In this document: piece by piece, positions 50,368 to 60,421 of the stretch
How the letters are laid out: each line of letters opens with the position of its first letter
How positions within the stretch are numbered: the first letter of the stretch is position 1
IMG/VR virus record: IMGVR_UViG_3300035562_000082
Location: 1 to 64,000 of that record
Direction: 5' to 3' (one strand)
DNA from: a virus
Lineage: Duplodnaviria; Caudoviricetes
Length of the DNA: 64,000 bases
The notes under the pieces: generated by a model
The model's database searches: none
Told to the model about the DNA's origin: nothing
What the model saw: the letters and a program-made list of their open reading frames with translations, nothing else
Position numbers and translations under genes: made by a program

Positions 50368-50853
50368 ATGCCGCTCACAGCCAAAGGTCAGAAAATCCTT
50401 GCCGCGATGATCGAGGAGTACGGTGAGGAGGAAGGTACCAAGGTTTTTTACGCCAGTGCAAATGCCGGGACCATCGAGGGCGTGCACGAGGCCAGTAAGA
50501 TCGATCGGGGGTTGGTGCTCAAGGTCGCGGTGAAGGACAAGGTGACGCCGGAACTTCCGTTGCCCAATCCATTGCCGGTGGATGCGCCGTACGCCAGTAC
50601 GCCGAACAACGGGCTGGCTGGCCGGCAGAAGCGCGTGCCCGGAAAGCTGAATTGGGCGATCCTAGGGCAGATGCCGGGTCAGACGTTTCCAACAATCAGA
50701 GGACAAGGCCAGCCAACGGATCCACCTCCGGTGTACACGTACCCCGGCGGACCGTTGGTGCAGGCGGCGAAGGCCGAGATCGGATCGTACGTTGATCCTA
50801 TGGGCGGGAGTTTGTGGTTGACCAAGGTTTTCAAAGGGGATGGCCATGTTTGA
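50368..50853 (+). CDS. Hypothetical protein, possibly head-associated
   Basis: MPLTAKGQKILAAMIEEYG...GTKVFYASANAGTIEG conserved phage N-terminus. Confidence 0.55.
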   Translation: MPLTAKGQKILAAMIEEYGEEEGTKVFYASANAGTIEGVHEASKIDRGLVLKVAVKDKVTPELPLPNPLPVDAPYASTPNNGLAGRQKRVPGKLNWAILGQMPGQTFPTIRGQGQPTDPPPVYTYPGGPLVQAAKAEIGSYVDPMGGSLWLTKVFKGDGHV

Positions 50854-53407
50854 GGCGTTTACCAGCAGGACGCGCGTGCAGGCGCAGAAGCGAGAGTTCA
50901 CGGAGGAGGAACGTAAGAACGCGGCGGCTGCGGGGCACGCCATGCCCGATGGCAGTTATCCGATCGAGAACGAGGATGACCTGAAGAACGCCGTGATGTC
51001 CTACGGGCGGGCCGGGGATCCCGAGGCCGTGAAGTACCATATCAAGCAGCGGGCGAAGGGCTTGAACCGCATGGACCTCCTGCCCGATGATTGGACTGAG
51101 CGTCCAAAGGACGTGAAGAAGAGCGAACCGGTGGACCTCAAGTACTACGATCCGTTGTTGGGTCAGCATCAACTGCAATTGATTGCCAAAGGTGAACTGG
51201 CAACGTCCAACGGCAACAACGATCTGACGGACACCGCTAAGGCGTATTACACGGCTAAGGACAAGGCGCATGCGGCGACCGACGGCGCGAACAAGGCCAG
51301 CAGCGACTGTTTCTCCAACAACTGGAATTCCGACGCCCATTCGTTCGCGGAGAAGGCCCATGGGATTGCCGCCGAGGCCCACAAGGACGCGGCCAAGGCC
51401 GCACGCGCGAACAACGACAGCAAGAACGATGAGTACCATAAACAGAAGATCGAGACCCATCAAAAGATGTCGGACGTGCATAGCAGTATGCACACACTGA
51501 AGTCCGAGGCCAGTCCTTTGGACAAGGCCATGATGGAACTAAAGCTGGCGATGGCCGGCGCAAATGCAAGCACAGGGGCGGTCAAGGGGGACGCCCCAGG
51601 ACACCCTTTTCGGGGTAACCAGCACACGTCGGGCGGCGGTGCTGGTGATGATGCAGACAAGGCGTACGCCGAGCGCGTCAAAGCTCAATTGGAGGGAATG
51701 ACCGATAACAAGAAGGTAACTGCGTTGACTGAGTGGTTCAAGGCCGAGGGCAAAGAAGTACCATCGGCGGACACCATGAAGCGTTTGGCGTCCATGGATC
51801 ACGATTCGATGATGAGCGCCGTGGCCGAGCTTGCGCGCGGAGGTGCGTCAAAGGATTCGTACGACAAGAAGGGCATGCCGATCGCTGATCATCCGTACCA
51901 CGAGAAGACCAGCAACAGCCTGCACTTCATCATGCGCGATGCCCACGAGGCGGCGACCAACGCCCATGCCATGGGCGATAGCAAGGGTGAGGGCAAGTAC
52001 CTGGATCAGATCAATGACGCGGCGACGGTCTTGAACTATCGGAGATCCAACGGCATTACCGAGCCCCGTGCGGCGAAAAAGAACGAAGTTTTTGCGTACT
52101 TCGATCCGCTATTGGGCGCGGGCGTGCAGATTCACGTTACCAAGAGCAATCCCAATCACGATGAGAAGGGTCGATTTTCATCCGGTGATGGTGGGGGCGG
52201 TGATAAAGGCGGGGAGCCGCCGAAGCCCGGTAGCAAGGAATGGTTGGACGCGAAGTCCAGCGGGCCAATGCACAAGTACGAGGACTCAACGGGCAAGATG
52301 CACCATGGGTACATGGAGCAGTACCTGGATCATGGTGGGAGTGATCACACGGCGTTCATGCGCGATCATCAGACGGGTGACCTGCACTTGGTTAGCGGTT
52401 CGCGGCTGAAGTCCATGGGCGTGGTATCGGCCGAGGAGAAGGCCAAGGTCCAAGGTGGTGATGACAAGGGCGGGAAGACCGGCGATCGAACAGCCAGCTA
52501 TCGTGAGGCCATGGCCGCTGGACATGATGCGGCGAACAAGCAGATGAAGGCCGCTGGGCGTACGGCCTGGAATGAGGATGATTGGAATACGGCGGCGTCC
52601 ACTGTGGCGAAACTCACAGGTGGGGGAGGCTCAACTGAACCAAAGCCGACGGAGATTAAGCCCGAGGCTAAACCAGCGGATGAGCCCAGTGTACGACCCA
52701 AGGGTAAGTCCGGATACAGCGATGAGAACCTGAAGGGCTATGTCGCGGGTTTGGCGGACAAGGCCAAGGCCCATAAAGAGAAGATGGGCTACGGTGATAC
52801 GTACAACCCGAAGTACACGGTTGAGCACGGACAGCGCTATGCCAAGGTCGTGACCAACGACGGCAGCAGTCGATCGGTGCATTCGTTCATCGACAAGCAG
52901 ACGGGGAACATCCTGAAGGCCAATAGCTGGAAGGCCCCGCATCCTACGCCCAGGGGAAACATCGGCGACGACAATTTCGGGCTCAAGAACGTCGATCACT
53001 TTGGCGCGCGGTATTTGACGAAGGCCGACGGCGCATCGACGTTGGATACGGCGGTTGAGCAACTTGAGCAGGTGATGAAGTTCAACGAAAACCATGATGA
53101 ACAAGGACGTTTTTCGTCCGGGGATGGCGCAGGCGGCAAGACCGACGATGAAAAACCTATTGCGCACCCTAATCTCACAAAGCAGCTAACGAACGCCGGG
53201 TACAAGCGAGCGCCCGAAGATCTGTTGGACATAGGACCGGATGACCGACTTGAGTTGTGGACGCATCCGAATCGTGATCCGTTGTTGCTCAAGGTCCATG
53301 GGCAGCTTCAGACCATGATCTCAACCCGTACGTTGTTGACCGATCAGAAGATCGCGCGTTCGCCCGAGGGTCGGTTGTTTCTTCAACAGGTGATGAAAGC
53401 CGCGTAG
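50840..53407 (+). CDS. Large modular polyvalent protein, probably virion-packaged
   Basis: 855 aa; AMPDGSYPI domain, GHPFRGNQH and two NxNHDExGRFSSG repeats separating unrelated modules. Confidence 0.7.
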   Translation: MAMFEAFTSRTRVQAQKREFTEEERKNAAAAGHAMPDGSYPIENEDDLKNAVMSYGRAGDPEAVKYHIKQRAKGLNRMDLLPDDWTERPKDVKKSEPVDLKYYDPLLGQHQLQLIAKGELATSNGNNDLTDTAKAYYTAKDKAHAATDGANKASSDCFSNNWNSDAHSFAEKAHGIAAEAHKDAAKAARANNDSKNDEYHKQKIETHQKMSDVHSSMHTLKSEASPLDKAMMELKLAMAGANASTGAVKGDAPGHPFRGNQHTSGGGAGDDADKAYAERVKAQLEGMTDNKKVTALTEWFKAEGKEVPSADTMKRLASMDHDSMMSAVAELARGGASKDSYDKKGMPIADHPYHEKTSNSLHFIMRDAHEAATNAHAMGDSKGEGKYLDQINDAATVLNYRRSNGITEPRAAKKNEVFAYFDPLLGAGVQIHVTKSNPNHDEKGRFSSGDGGGGDKGGEPPKPGSKEWLDAKSSGPMHKYEDSTGKMHHGYMEQYLDHGGSDHTAFMRDHQTGDLHLVSGSRLKSMGVVSAEEKAKVQGGDDKGGKTGDRTASYREAMAAGHDAANKQMKAAGRTAWNEDDWNTAASTVAKLTGGGGSTEPKPTEIKPEAKPADEPSVRPKGKSGYSDENLKGYVAGLADKAKAHKEKMGYGDTYNPKYTVEHGQRYAKVVTNDGSSRSVHSFIDKQTGNILKANSWKAPHPTPRGNIGDDNFGLKNVDHFGARYLTKADGASTLDTAVEQLEQVMKFNENHDEQGRFSSGDGAGGKTDDEKPIAHPNLTKQLTNAGYKRAPEDLLDIGPDDRLELWTHPNRDPLLLKVHGQLQTMISTRTLLTDQKIARSPEGRLFLQQVMKAA

Positions 53408-53408
53408 T

Positions 53409-56003
53409 GTGTACGCCCGGATCTTTAAGTTCAATCCCCATCATGATGCCCAAGGTCGGTTTGCGACCGGCGGGATCAGCAATTCCGACTTTAGTCCGTT
53501 AGATCGGAAGATCCTCAACTATAATCCGAAGAAACCACTGGATGCCAGTGGCGGGGATGATCTACAGCGCATCGAGGATCTGATTCCCGGCGCACAGTAC
53601 GTACCGTATACCAAGACCCCGTTCTTTGATCAACTGACGGCTCTTCAGGGTGTGCACCCGAAGGACGTTGAGGGCTATCCTCATGCAAAAGCCCGTAAGG
53701 AATTGTTTGTCAAGCAGCCGGTGGAAGACCTGCCGTCCAAGGACTTGATTTTCACTCAGAACGTGGTGAACATCAAGGGCATAGCGCGGGCTGGTGGAAA
53801 TCCGGATCCATCACCCGCACAGGTAGTGCGGTATCAGGGTAAGAACTACCTGATGGACGGTCATCATCGGGTGGTCGATGGAATAGCCCATGGTGAGTCC
53901 ACGGTGCACGCGCATGTACTGACGATCGAGCCCGAGGCTAAAAAGTATGCGCAGATCCTGAAGTTCAATCCTTATCACGATGATAATGGACGGTTTACCG
54001 TTCAAGAAGGCGGGGTGTTACCCGGGCACAAGAACATCCCGACCATCAACGCCATGCGCATGGCCATGGACAAGGTCGGGGAGGCGGAGTTCGAACGTCG
54101 GGTACGCGATCACGTAACGACCTTGGGCCGGCAGTTGACGGCCGATGAGTACTCACATGAGGTGGAGCGTATAGCCCGGCAACTGATTGCCCAGAAGTTG
54201 GAGTTCGCGCGGATTCTGAAGTTCAACGAGAACCACGATGAACGGGGACGGTTTGCCAGTGGGCCGTCGAGTGGTGAGGATTTGCCGAAGAGCGTGGCGC
54301 TGTCGGTCTCTGGTGAGCCGGTAGTTCGAGATCCAGGTTGGAAGAACCAAGCGATTTATGCTGAGAGGATGATTCGTGAAACCGCGAGTAAGTTACGGTT
54401 CAAGGGCGATGTACAAGTGATCTACGGCGAGGCCCCGTCGTTCAAGGTCGGAGACGCCACGTACAGAGAAGGTGGTCATTGGGATGCGCAGAACAATCGG
54501 ATTGTGATCCGTGGTGATTGGACGTTGGATAAGACCACGCAGAATTTTGGTGGAGCGGCGATTGCCGGAGTGACTGCTCATGAGGTTCAGCATTCGCGCT
54601 GGACCTACGCTAAGGGTGAGTACGAATTGGCATCAGCGTTGATCAGCAAGGAACCACGAGGAGAAGCAGCGTACAAAGATCCGGTAATGCGTGCCAGTGG
54701 TGAGTTGAAACCTCCGTATGATGCTAAGTACCCGGCGTACGTGCAGTGGAATGCGGTGTTTAACGACGGCAAGATCCAGGATCAGCTAGAGAAAGAAGAT
54801 GGAGTTACGGACTATAGTCGGGCGTATTGGAAGAACAAGGACGCACCGTTGTGGAGAGAGCGGGCGATTGACGAGACGCTGGCGGAGATCGCTAATCTCA
54901 AGGCCCAAAACAAGTACTATAAGGCCGCCCCGTCTTGGGAGAAGGCGTATAAAGCGGTGAACCGCATTGCCCGTGATTTTGCCAGTGGTGCAAATCGTCG
55001 GGCGTATCAAGCGGGTGATCCGAATCGTGTGGTGAAGGCCGAACAGAATCTGTGGGGGTTCGATGCGCGGTTCAAACTCTGTCCGGTAGATCAAGCGGTG
55101 GTGCTGAAGTACTTTGAACCCGATGGCTCACACACGTGGTTGACGCCTATTCCGGACAAACAGAAACCTGAGTATGCGGATATTTTGAAGTGGGATGAGA
55201 ATCAGCCACGAGATGATCGTGGGCGGTGGACCAGTGGTGGCGGAGATCTAGGACCAACCAGGGCAGAGCGCATTAAGGAACTTGCACAAGGACTGACGCC
55301 TGGAGATTACAGTAGCTTGCCGCCGAAGGCCGTGCAACCAACGGCCAACAAGGACGAGTTGTACAAGCGCGCGGCCGAGGGCCTGGAGCAGCTACGGGAC
55401 TGGTTGAACCGTGGAACGGGCGTGGCGTGCAAGATGGGCTACACGTTGGTGAAGAAGAGCCCGGATGACATGACAGCCGAGGACTGGCGGCAATCGAGCA
55501 AGCTGCTGTTCATCGCGCCGTTGAAGGGCATGGGGCGGGCGGAGGAGAAGGTCAACGCCGACTACCATGGTGACTGGTCACAGCTTAAGGACGTGGTGCG
55601 CTGTACGTTGGCGACGGACAACGTGAATCAGTTGCAGGACACCATTCGAACGCTGGAGAAGCAGGGCATGGTGTTGGCCCAGCGGCCGAAAAATAACATG
55701 GAAAACGCTTCTAAATACTGTTATCGAGATGTGAATTTGGTGGTAAAGCTACCTAATGGATTGTTGGCGGAGGTGCAGTTCAACGTCAAGGACATGCTTC
55801 AGGCCAAGAACGAGGCCCACCGGTATTACGAGATCACGCGGTCGATCGAGGCCAAGCACACGGTGGACGGCGTGCAGTCGGACGCTCGTACGTGGCCGGA
55901 AAAGGATCAGGAGGATCATGCAGATGCAGCGGCAGTGCAGACCCACGTTTACCAGGATGCGTGGAGTGCTCATGTACGACAGTACTACAAGAAAAAACCG
56001 TGA
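53409..56003 (+). CDS. Polyvalent protein: ParB/Srx-like, zincin-like and C-terminal RelA/SpoT-like nucleotidyltransferase domains
   Basis: LMDGHHR; AHEVQH; LK..RAEEKV...LKDVVR...YRDVN...AEVQF...HRYYE; four GRF/GRW header repeats. Confidence 0.75.
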   Translation: MYARIFKFNPHHDAQGRFATGGISNSDFSPLDRKILNYNPKKPLDASGGDDLQRIEDLIPGAQYVPYTKTPFFDQLTALQGVHPKDVEGYPHAKARKELFVKQPVEDLPSKDLIFTQNVVNIKGIARAGGNPDPSPAQVVRYQGKNYLMDGHHRVVDGIAHGESTVHAHVLTIEPEAKKYAQILKFNPYHDDNGRFTVQEGGVLPGHKNIPTINAMRMAMDKVGEAEFERRVRDHVTTLGRQLTADEYSHEVERIARQLIAQKLEFARILKFNENHDERGRFASGPSSGEDLPKSVALSVSGEPVVRDPGWKNQAIYAERMIRETASKLRFKGDVQVIYGEAPSFKVGDATYREGGHWDAQNNRIVIRGDWTLDKTTQNFGGAAIAGVTAHEVQHSRWTYAKGEYELASALISKEPRGEAAYKDPVMRASGELKPPYDAKYPAYVQWNAVFNDGKIQDQLEKEDGVTDYSRAYWKNKDAPLWRERAIDETLAEIANLKAQNKYYKAAPSWEKAYKAVNRIARDFASGANRRAYQAGDPNRVVKAEQNLWGFDARFKLCPVDQAVVLKYFEPDGSHTWLTPIPDKQKPEYADILKWDENQPRDDRGRWTSGGGDLGPTRAERIKELAQGLTPGDYSSLPPKAVQPTANKDELYKRAAEGLEQLRDWLNRGTGVACKMGYTLVKKSPDDMTAEDWRQSSKLLFIAPLKGMGRAEEKVNADYHGDWSQLKDVVRCTLATDNVNQLQDTIRTLEKQGMVLAQRPKNNMENASKYCYRDVNLVVKLPNGLLAEVQFNVKDMLQAKNEAHRYYEITRSIEAKHTVDGVQSDARTWPEKDQEDHADAAAVQTHVYQDAWSAHVRQYYKKKP

Positions 56004-56044
56004 TATACTGGGACTGATGGGCCTGTAGGCCCAGGGTTGTTACC

Positions 56045-56233
56045 ATGGTCGAGTACGCGGAATTGGAGGGCGTGGTTTACCGTACGCGAGCGGACGGGTT
56101 CTTTGCCGAGCACGCGTATGGCGGAGCGTGGACGCCTGGGGGAAGCAATTCCAGGGTCTGTATGTACGGCCGACCAATGACCGAGAGCGAGGCCCGAAAG
56201 TTCTTGGGGTCGGAGTGGCCCGAAGGCCCTTGA
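56045..56233 (+). CDS. Small protein downstream of the RelA/SpoT-like domain (candidate antitoxin)
   Basis: 62 aa ORF directly after the polyvalent gene; call is positional. Confidence 0.4.
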   Translation: MVEYAELEGVVYRTRADGFFAEHAYGGAWTPGGSNSRVCMYGRPMTESEARKFLGSEWPEGP

Positions 56234-56378
56234 CAAACCTTTAGGGCTGTGCCATACTACGTCTGTAGTGTGATTTTCTTGTCAAGGAGTGACAAATGAC
56301 GATCGTCTGTGGTGTGGTGCTCGCGGTGTTCCTCGTGGTCTGCCTTGTGGGTTGTGCGGCTAGCGAGGGTTTCTACTG

Positions 56379-58349
56379 ATGGCCATCGAGTTCTATCCGA
56401 TTACCGAGTCTCTGCTGCCGGAGAACGCGAACAAAGAGTTCCTGGGTAGCAAGGGCTATTTCCTGTGGTGGATGGCCCAGCAAGGACTTCCAGTTCCCCC
56501 GGCCGTAGTTTTGCCGACGACCGTTTGTCGTGAGTACTGGACGAAGCCCAAGTCGGTAATGCGTGAGGTTCGATCCACGGTCATTCAGATTGCCGCGTAC
56601 TTTCAGAAGCAATGGGGGTACATGCCGTTGTTGGCCGTTCGTTCTGGCGCAGCGAATTCGATGCCGGGCATGATGGACACCATCCTGAACGTCGGACTCG
56701 ATCCCGCGAACGAAGAGTTCTGGCGCAAGCGCCTGGGCGATAGCTGCTACGACAATTGTCGGCATCGGTTGATCACCATGTACGGCGATGTCGTCAAGGG
56801 CTTGGACCGACAGGAGTTGAAGGACCGCAGTGTGCAGGAGGCGCTGGCGTACTATCAGAAGGCCATGGGTGAATTCCCGGGGTTCAGAGACCAGCTAGTG
56901 GGCGCTGTTGAGGCGGTGTTGAAGTCCTGGAACACTGATCGGGCGAAGTTCTACCGCAGCAAGTACAAGATCTCCGATGATGGTGGAACGGCCGTTGTTA
57001 TTCAGGCCATGGTCTTTGGCAACCTGAACAAGAACAGTGGTTCGGGTGTGATGTTCACCCGCAATCCGATTACAGGAGAGAACGAAGCCACGGGGAATTT
57101 TTTGGCCATGGCCCAGGGTGAGGACGTGGTGGGTAATGCGCTCGCGCCGAATTTGAAGGCCATGGGCAAAAGCCATCCGAAGGCCGCGAAGAGTGTGTTG
57201 GCGCTTGCGACCAAGCTTGAACACACGTTGAAGGACATGCAGGACGTGGAGTTCACGGTGCAGGATGGGGAGGTGTGGCTGTTGCAAACGCGCACGGGCA
57301 AACGCGAAGTCCGGGCAGCGGTGAAGATCGCGTACGACATGGTGCACGAGCAGTTGATCACCGTGCAAGAGGCGGTCAAGCGCGCAAACCCTCGTCAGTT
57401 GGATCTTCTACAGCAACGGGCAGTGGCCCCGACGTTTACTAAAGCCCCGACGTTCATTGGCATGCCCGCGTGTTCGGGCGCGGTGGTGGGTAAACCGGTG
57501 TTCACCGCACAAGCGGCAATCGATTGCCAGGAACCGTGTATCCTGGTGCGCAAGAACACCGATGTGGATGACATCGAGGGCATGGTCGCTGCGGCGGGGA
57601 TCCTGGCCATGACCGGTAGCGAAACCTGTCATCCGGCGATAGTGGCCAGGGGCATGAACAAACCGTGCGTAGTGGCGCTCAAGCAATCGCTGGAGGTGTT
57701 CAATAACGTGGATCGTATTTCGATCGATGGTGCGACCGGTCGGGTGTGGTTGGAGGCCGTGCCCATGGTCGAGGCCGATAACACGGACTTGGTTCGGGCA
57801 TTTCAGTCGATGATGATTCGGGCGTTGGATGTTGTTCCGGTGTCCGATACACCGATTGAGGGCGTGAACACCGTGTTTCTTGATCTAGGAGGACGGTTGC
57901 ACGATCAAGGACTGGTATTGAGCATGGTGATGGCCGCGCTGGATGCGGCGGATACCGTGTACGTGGACTGCCGGTGGGCCGATAGGCCGGAGGCCGAGCG
58001 ATCGATGATGGACATGTTTTACCACAATTGCAAGTACGAACAGCAGTTTGTGCAGTTCCTGGACGAACATGTACCGGCGGAGAAACTTAGTAAGCTGGTG
58101 TTGCTGACCAATCAAAAGCCGACGAAAATACAGGTAATGAGTTGTGCCACGGGCTTGGCGGACTTGATCATGGCCAATGGCTGGATAGCAATTGAGCCCG
58201 GGCATGAACTTGGGTTCGCGGATCCGCAGGTGTCCAAGGTCTTGTCGTGGCAAAAGGCTGATGGACTACAGATTTTGTACTTGAATCATCATCGTGCAGA
58301 TGGCCGATCGGTGTTGAGCCCCGAGCAGGTCATGCAGTTGCTAGGGTAG
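56379..58349 (+). CDS. PPDK-like protein (ATP-grasp plus His phosphocarrier domains) with a non-canonical C-terminus
   Basis: LGSKG, GLPVPP, VRSGA..SMPGMMDTILNVG, QAMVFGN, FTRNPITG, QGEDVV, QDVEFT, LLQTR, CHPAIVARGMNKPCVV. Confidence 0.85.
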   Translation: MAIEFYPITESLLPENANKEFLGSKGYFLWWMAQQGLPVPPAVVLPTTVCREYWTKPKSVMREVRSTVIQIAAYFQKQWGYMPLLAVRSGAANSMPGMMDTILNVGLDPANEEFWRKRLGDSCYDNCRHRLITMYGDVVKGLDRQELKDRSVQEALAYYQKAMGEFPGFRDQLVGAVEAVLKSWNTDRAKFYRSKYKISDDGGTAVVIQAMVFGNLNKNSGSGVMFTRNPITGENEATGNFLAMAQGEDVVGNALAPNLKAMGKSHPKAAKSVLALATKLEHTLKDMQDVEFTVQDGEVWLLQTRTGKREVRAAVKIAYDMVHEQLITVQEAVKRANPRQLDLLQQRAVAPTFTKAPTFIGMPACSGAVVGKPVFTAQAAIDCQEPCILVRKNTDVDDIEGMVAAAGILAMTGSETCHPAIVARGMNKPCVVALKQSLEVFNNVDRISIDGATGRVWLEAVPMVEADNTDLVRAFQSMMIRALDVVPVSDTPIEGVNTVFLDLGGRLHDQGLVLSMVMAALDAADTVYVDCRWADRPEAERSMMDMFYHNCKYEQQFVQFLDEHVPAEKLSKLVLLTNQKPTKIQVMSCATGLADLIMANGWIAIEPGHELGFADPQVSKVLSWQKADGLQILYLNHHRADGRSVLSPEQVMQLLG

Positions 58350-58406
58350 TTGCCTGAATGACATTCGGAAGCTACAATCGGGAGGAGCCGATGCACGCGT
58401 CGCCGG

Positions 58407-58856
58407 ATGCACACAGACTGTCCAAAGTGCGGGAGTTCCAGTGCCTGTTATCAACTAAATGGGCCGGATATTGTACTGCATTGTTTGTGCGGGTTCTTCC
58501 GCGTGGTGTTCTCTCAGTTGGAGACCGTGGAGATCCATCACAACGGGGTGGGCGCGGATGTTCGTCTGCCGAAGACCGGCACGCACTTACGTCGAACGTT
58601 GTTTGCGGTCGAGAACTTGGAAGAAGCGAATACAGCGGAGATCGCAGAACGGTTGTGGGACCTGGGGTTGCACTACACTATGAGTGATGTAGCGTCGTAC
58701 CTCACGATCTTACGGTCCAAGGGTTTAGTGGAGTCACCGGTTATCCGTCGGGGGGTGGCCGGTGGAAGCACCTGGACGTTGACCGATGCGGCGATGGATT
58801 TACTGGGGGCCTTACAGCCAAGCAATGGAGTGCAAATATGCTATCGATCGGGGTAA
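58407..58856 (+). CDS. Zn-ribbon plus winged-HTH regulator
   Basis: CPKC...CLCG; TAEIAERL...VASYLTILRSKGLVE...GGSTWTLT. Confidence 0.7.
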   Translation: MHTDCPKCGSSSACYQLNGPDIVLHCLCGFFRVVFSQLETVEIHHNGVGADVRLPKTGTHLRRTLFAVENLEEANTAEIAERLWDLGLHYTMSDVASYLTILRSKGLVESPVIRRGVAGGSTWTLTDAAMDLLGALQPSNGVQICYRSG

Positions 58857-59128
58857 TTACCGGGAGTCAGATCAACATTTGGACAATGCCGGGTTGTCCA
58901 GATCCATGGCGCGAGGTCGTGCAGATCCTGGAGGCGCGGCCGAAGATGGTGACGCTGAAGGTCAACGGCCGTAAGCCCGTGGTGGTCACCGACGAAGAGC
59001 AGATTGAGATCCTGCCGGCGGTGAAGGTCCAGGTAGGGGTGAAGGACGGTCTGAACATCAGCGGTAGTCGTTTGGCGTTTGATGCCCCGAGGTACATTCA
59101 AATCCAACGGGTGCGAGAGCGTGCTTAA
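58838..59128 (+). CDS. CsrA-like protein
   Basis: MLSIG...RLAFDAPRYIQIQR resembles the CsrA fold. Confidence 0.5.
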   Translation: MLSIGVITGSQINIWTMPGCPDPWREVVQILEARPKMVTLKVNGRKPVVVTDEEQIEILPAVKVQVGVKDGLNISGSRLAFDAPRYIQIQRVRERA

Positions 59129-59436
59129 ACTCAGCGATCGGGTGAAGGCCATTGCTGTAGAGGAGGGGATTACGTTGTTGGAGTTGGAGACCATGGTGGA
59201 ACGCGCGGCGGTGATCACCAAGGGCGCGTTCAATCGCCGATATCACAACTGGGTGTTCTCGATGTCCGATGAAACGGCGGTTGAGGACATGCGGTCGTTC
59301 GTGATGCGTGGGGGTGGTTCTGCCCGAGTAGATCACCAAGAATGTGCGGGCAAAGGTTGTAAACTCTGTGGATGGTGGGGTAAGCTTTTGATATGAAAGG
59401 CTGTTAAACTGTAGGTAACCTAAAGGAGTAGGTGAC

Positions 59437-59931
59437 ATGTTGGGAAATCTGAAACTTCCGTTGTACTTTGGTAGCCATTACATGGTCTGGGGTGGGCCGT
59501 ACTTGGAACGCCCGCAGGGCATGGTGTCGGTCAAGCTCGCGCGGGAGATCAATGCGCCGGCTGACCTGGAACTTCCGATCAAGGACTTCAGTACACCCGA
59601 ACAAGCGGCCACCGACGCGGTGATGCGTGTGGCTGTGGCGTTCATTCTACGAGGTGAACCGCTGTACGCTGGGTGCATGGGCGGTCGAGGTCGTACGGGG
59701 TTGTTTCTGTCGCTGTTGGCCAAAGCCTTTGGCGTACGTAGTCCCGTGCAGTACGTGCGGGCGAACTACTACGAGCATGCGGTGGAAACCGTGCAGCAAA
59801 TGGAGTTCGTGCGCGACTACCAGATTCCGTTGGACGTGCAGAAGGCCGTGCGACGTGCCAAGTGGCGGTCGTTGTTTTCGTTCGGGCGGAACATGACGGT
59901 GTACAACGGGGTGTTCGCCCAGGCCGCTTGA
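59437..59931 (+). CDS. Dual-specificity/PTP-like phosphatase
   Basis: PIKDFSTP and CX5R motif GCMGGRGRTG, AVET..Q. Confidence 0.85.
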   Translation: MLGNLKLPLYFGSHYMVWGGPYLERPQGMVSVKLAREINAPADLELPIKDFSTPEQAATDAVMRVAVAFILRGEPLYAGCMGGRGRTGLFLSLLAKAFGVRSPVQYVRANYYEHAVETVQQMEFVRDYQIPLDVQKAVRRAKWRSLFSFGRNMTVYNGVFAQAA

Positions 59932-59944
59932 CAGACGACGGTGT

Positions 59945-60421
59945 TTGTACTATAGTTTGAAGTACTCCAAGGAGTGGGGTGTTGTGGGCGGAATTGATAG
60001 ACAACGGTATTTAGTAGACCCTGCATATAGGGCTCATGTTACTGCTAATAACAGAGCTTCTTATGCTCGCAGACAAGCAATTAAAGGAAAGCTGGTTAAA
60101 TCTATTGGTCCATGTGCGCCGCGTAAAAACGTTATTCCGTTGTCGGGCGTACAACATCATCATAGGCAGAGGTACAGTTTAGAACCTTGTGAATTTGATC
60201 GTCTGTATGAAGAACAGGAAGGGAAGTGCGCTTGTTGTTTTTCGCTTTTTGTGGAACCGGGTAAACTCCATGTAGACCATGATCATGAATTGAATAAAGT
60301 GCGAGGATTGTTATGCCATAAGTGTAATCGTGGTATTGGTCTACTTGGTGATACGTTAGAATCAGTTCAAAGGGCCGTTAGTTATTTATTGAAATCCCAA
60401 GGAGTGGGAGTAAAAGAGTGA
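59945..60421 (+). CDS. Endonuclease VII-like homing endonuclease
   Basis: QEGKCACC...LHVDHDH...VRGLLCHKCNRGIGLLGD; AT-rich; start uncertain. Confidence 0.82.
   Translation: MYYSLKYSKEWGVVGGIDRQRYLVDPAYRAHVTANNRASYARRQAIKGKLVKSIGPCAPRKNVIPLSGVQHHHRQRYSLEPCEFDRLYEEQEGKCACCFSLFVEPGKLHVDHDHELNKVRGLLCHKCNRGIGLLGDTLESVQRAVSYLLKSQGVGVKE

Noticed and set aside
56379-58349. Canonical ppdK auxiliary metabolic gene
   Set aside because: Too short and lacks a recognisable pyruvate-binding C-terminal barrel, so no gene symbol was assigned.
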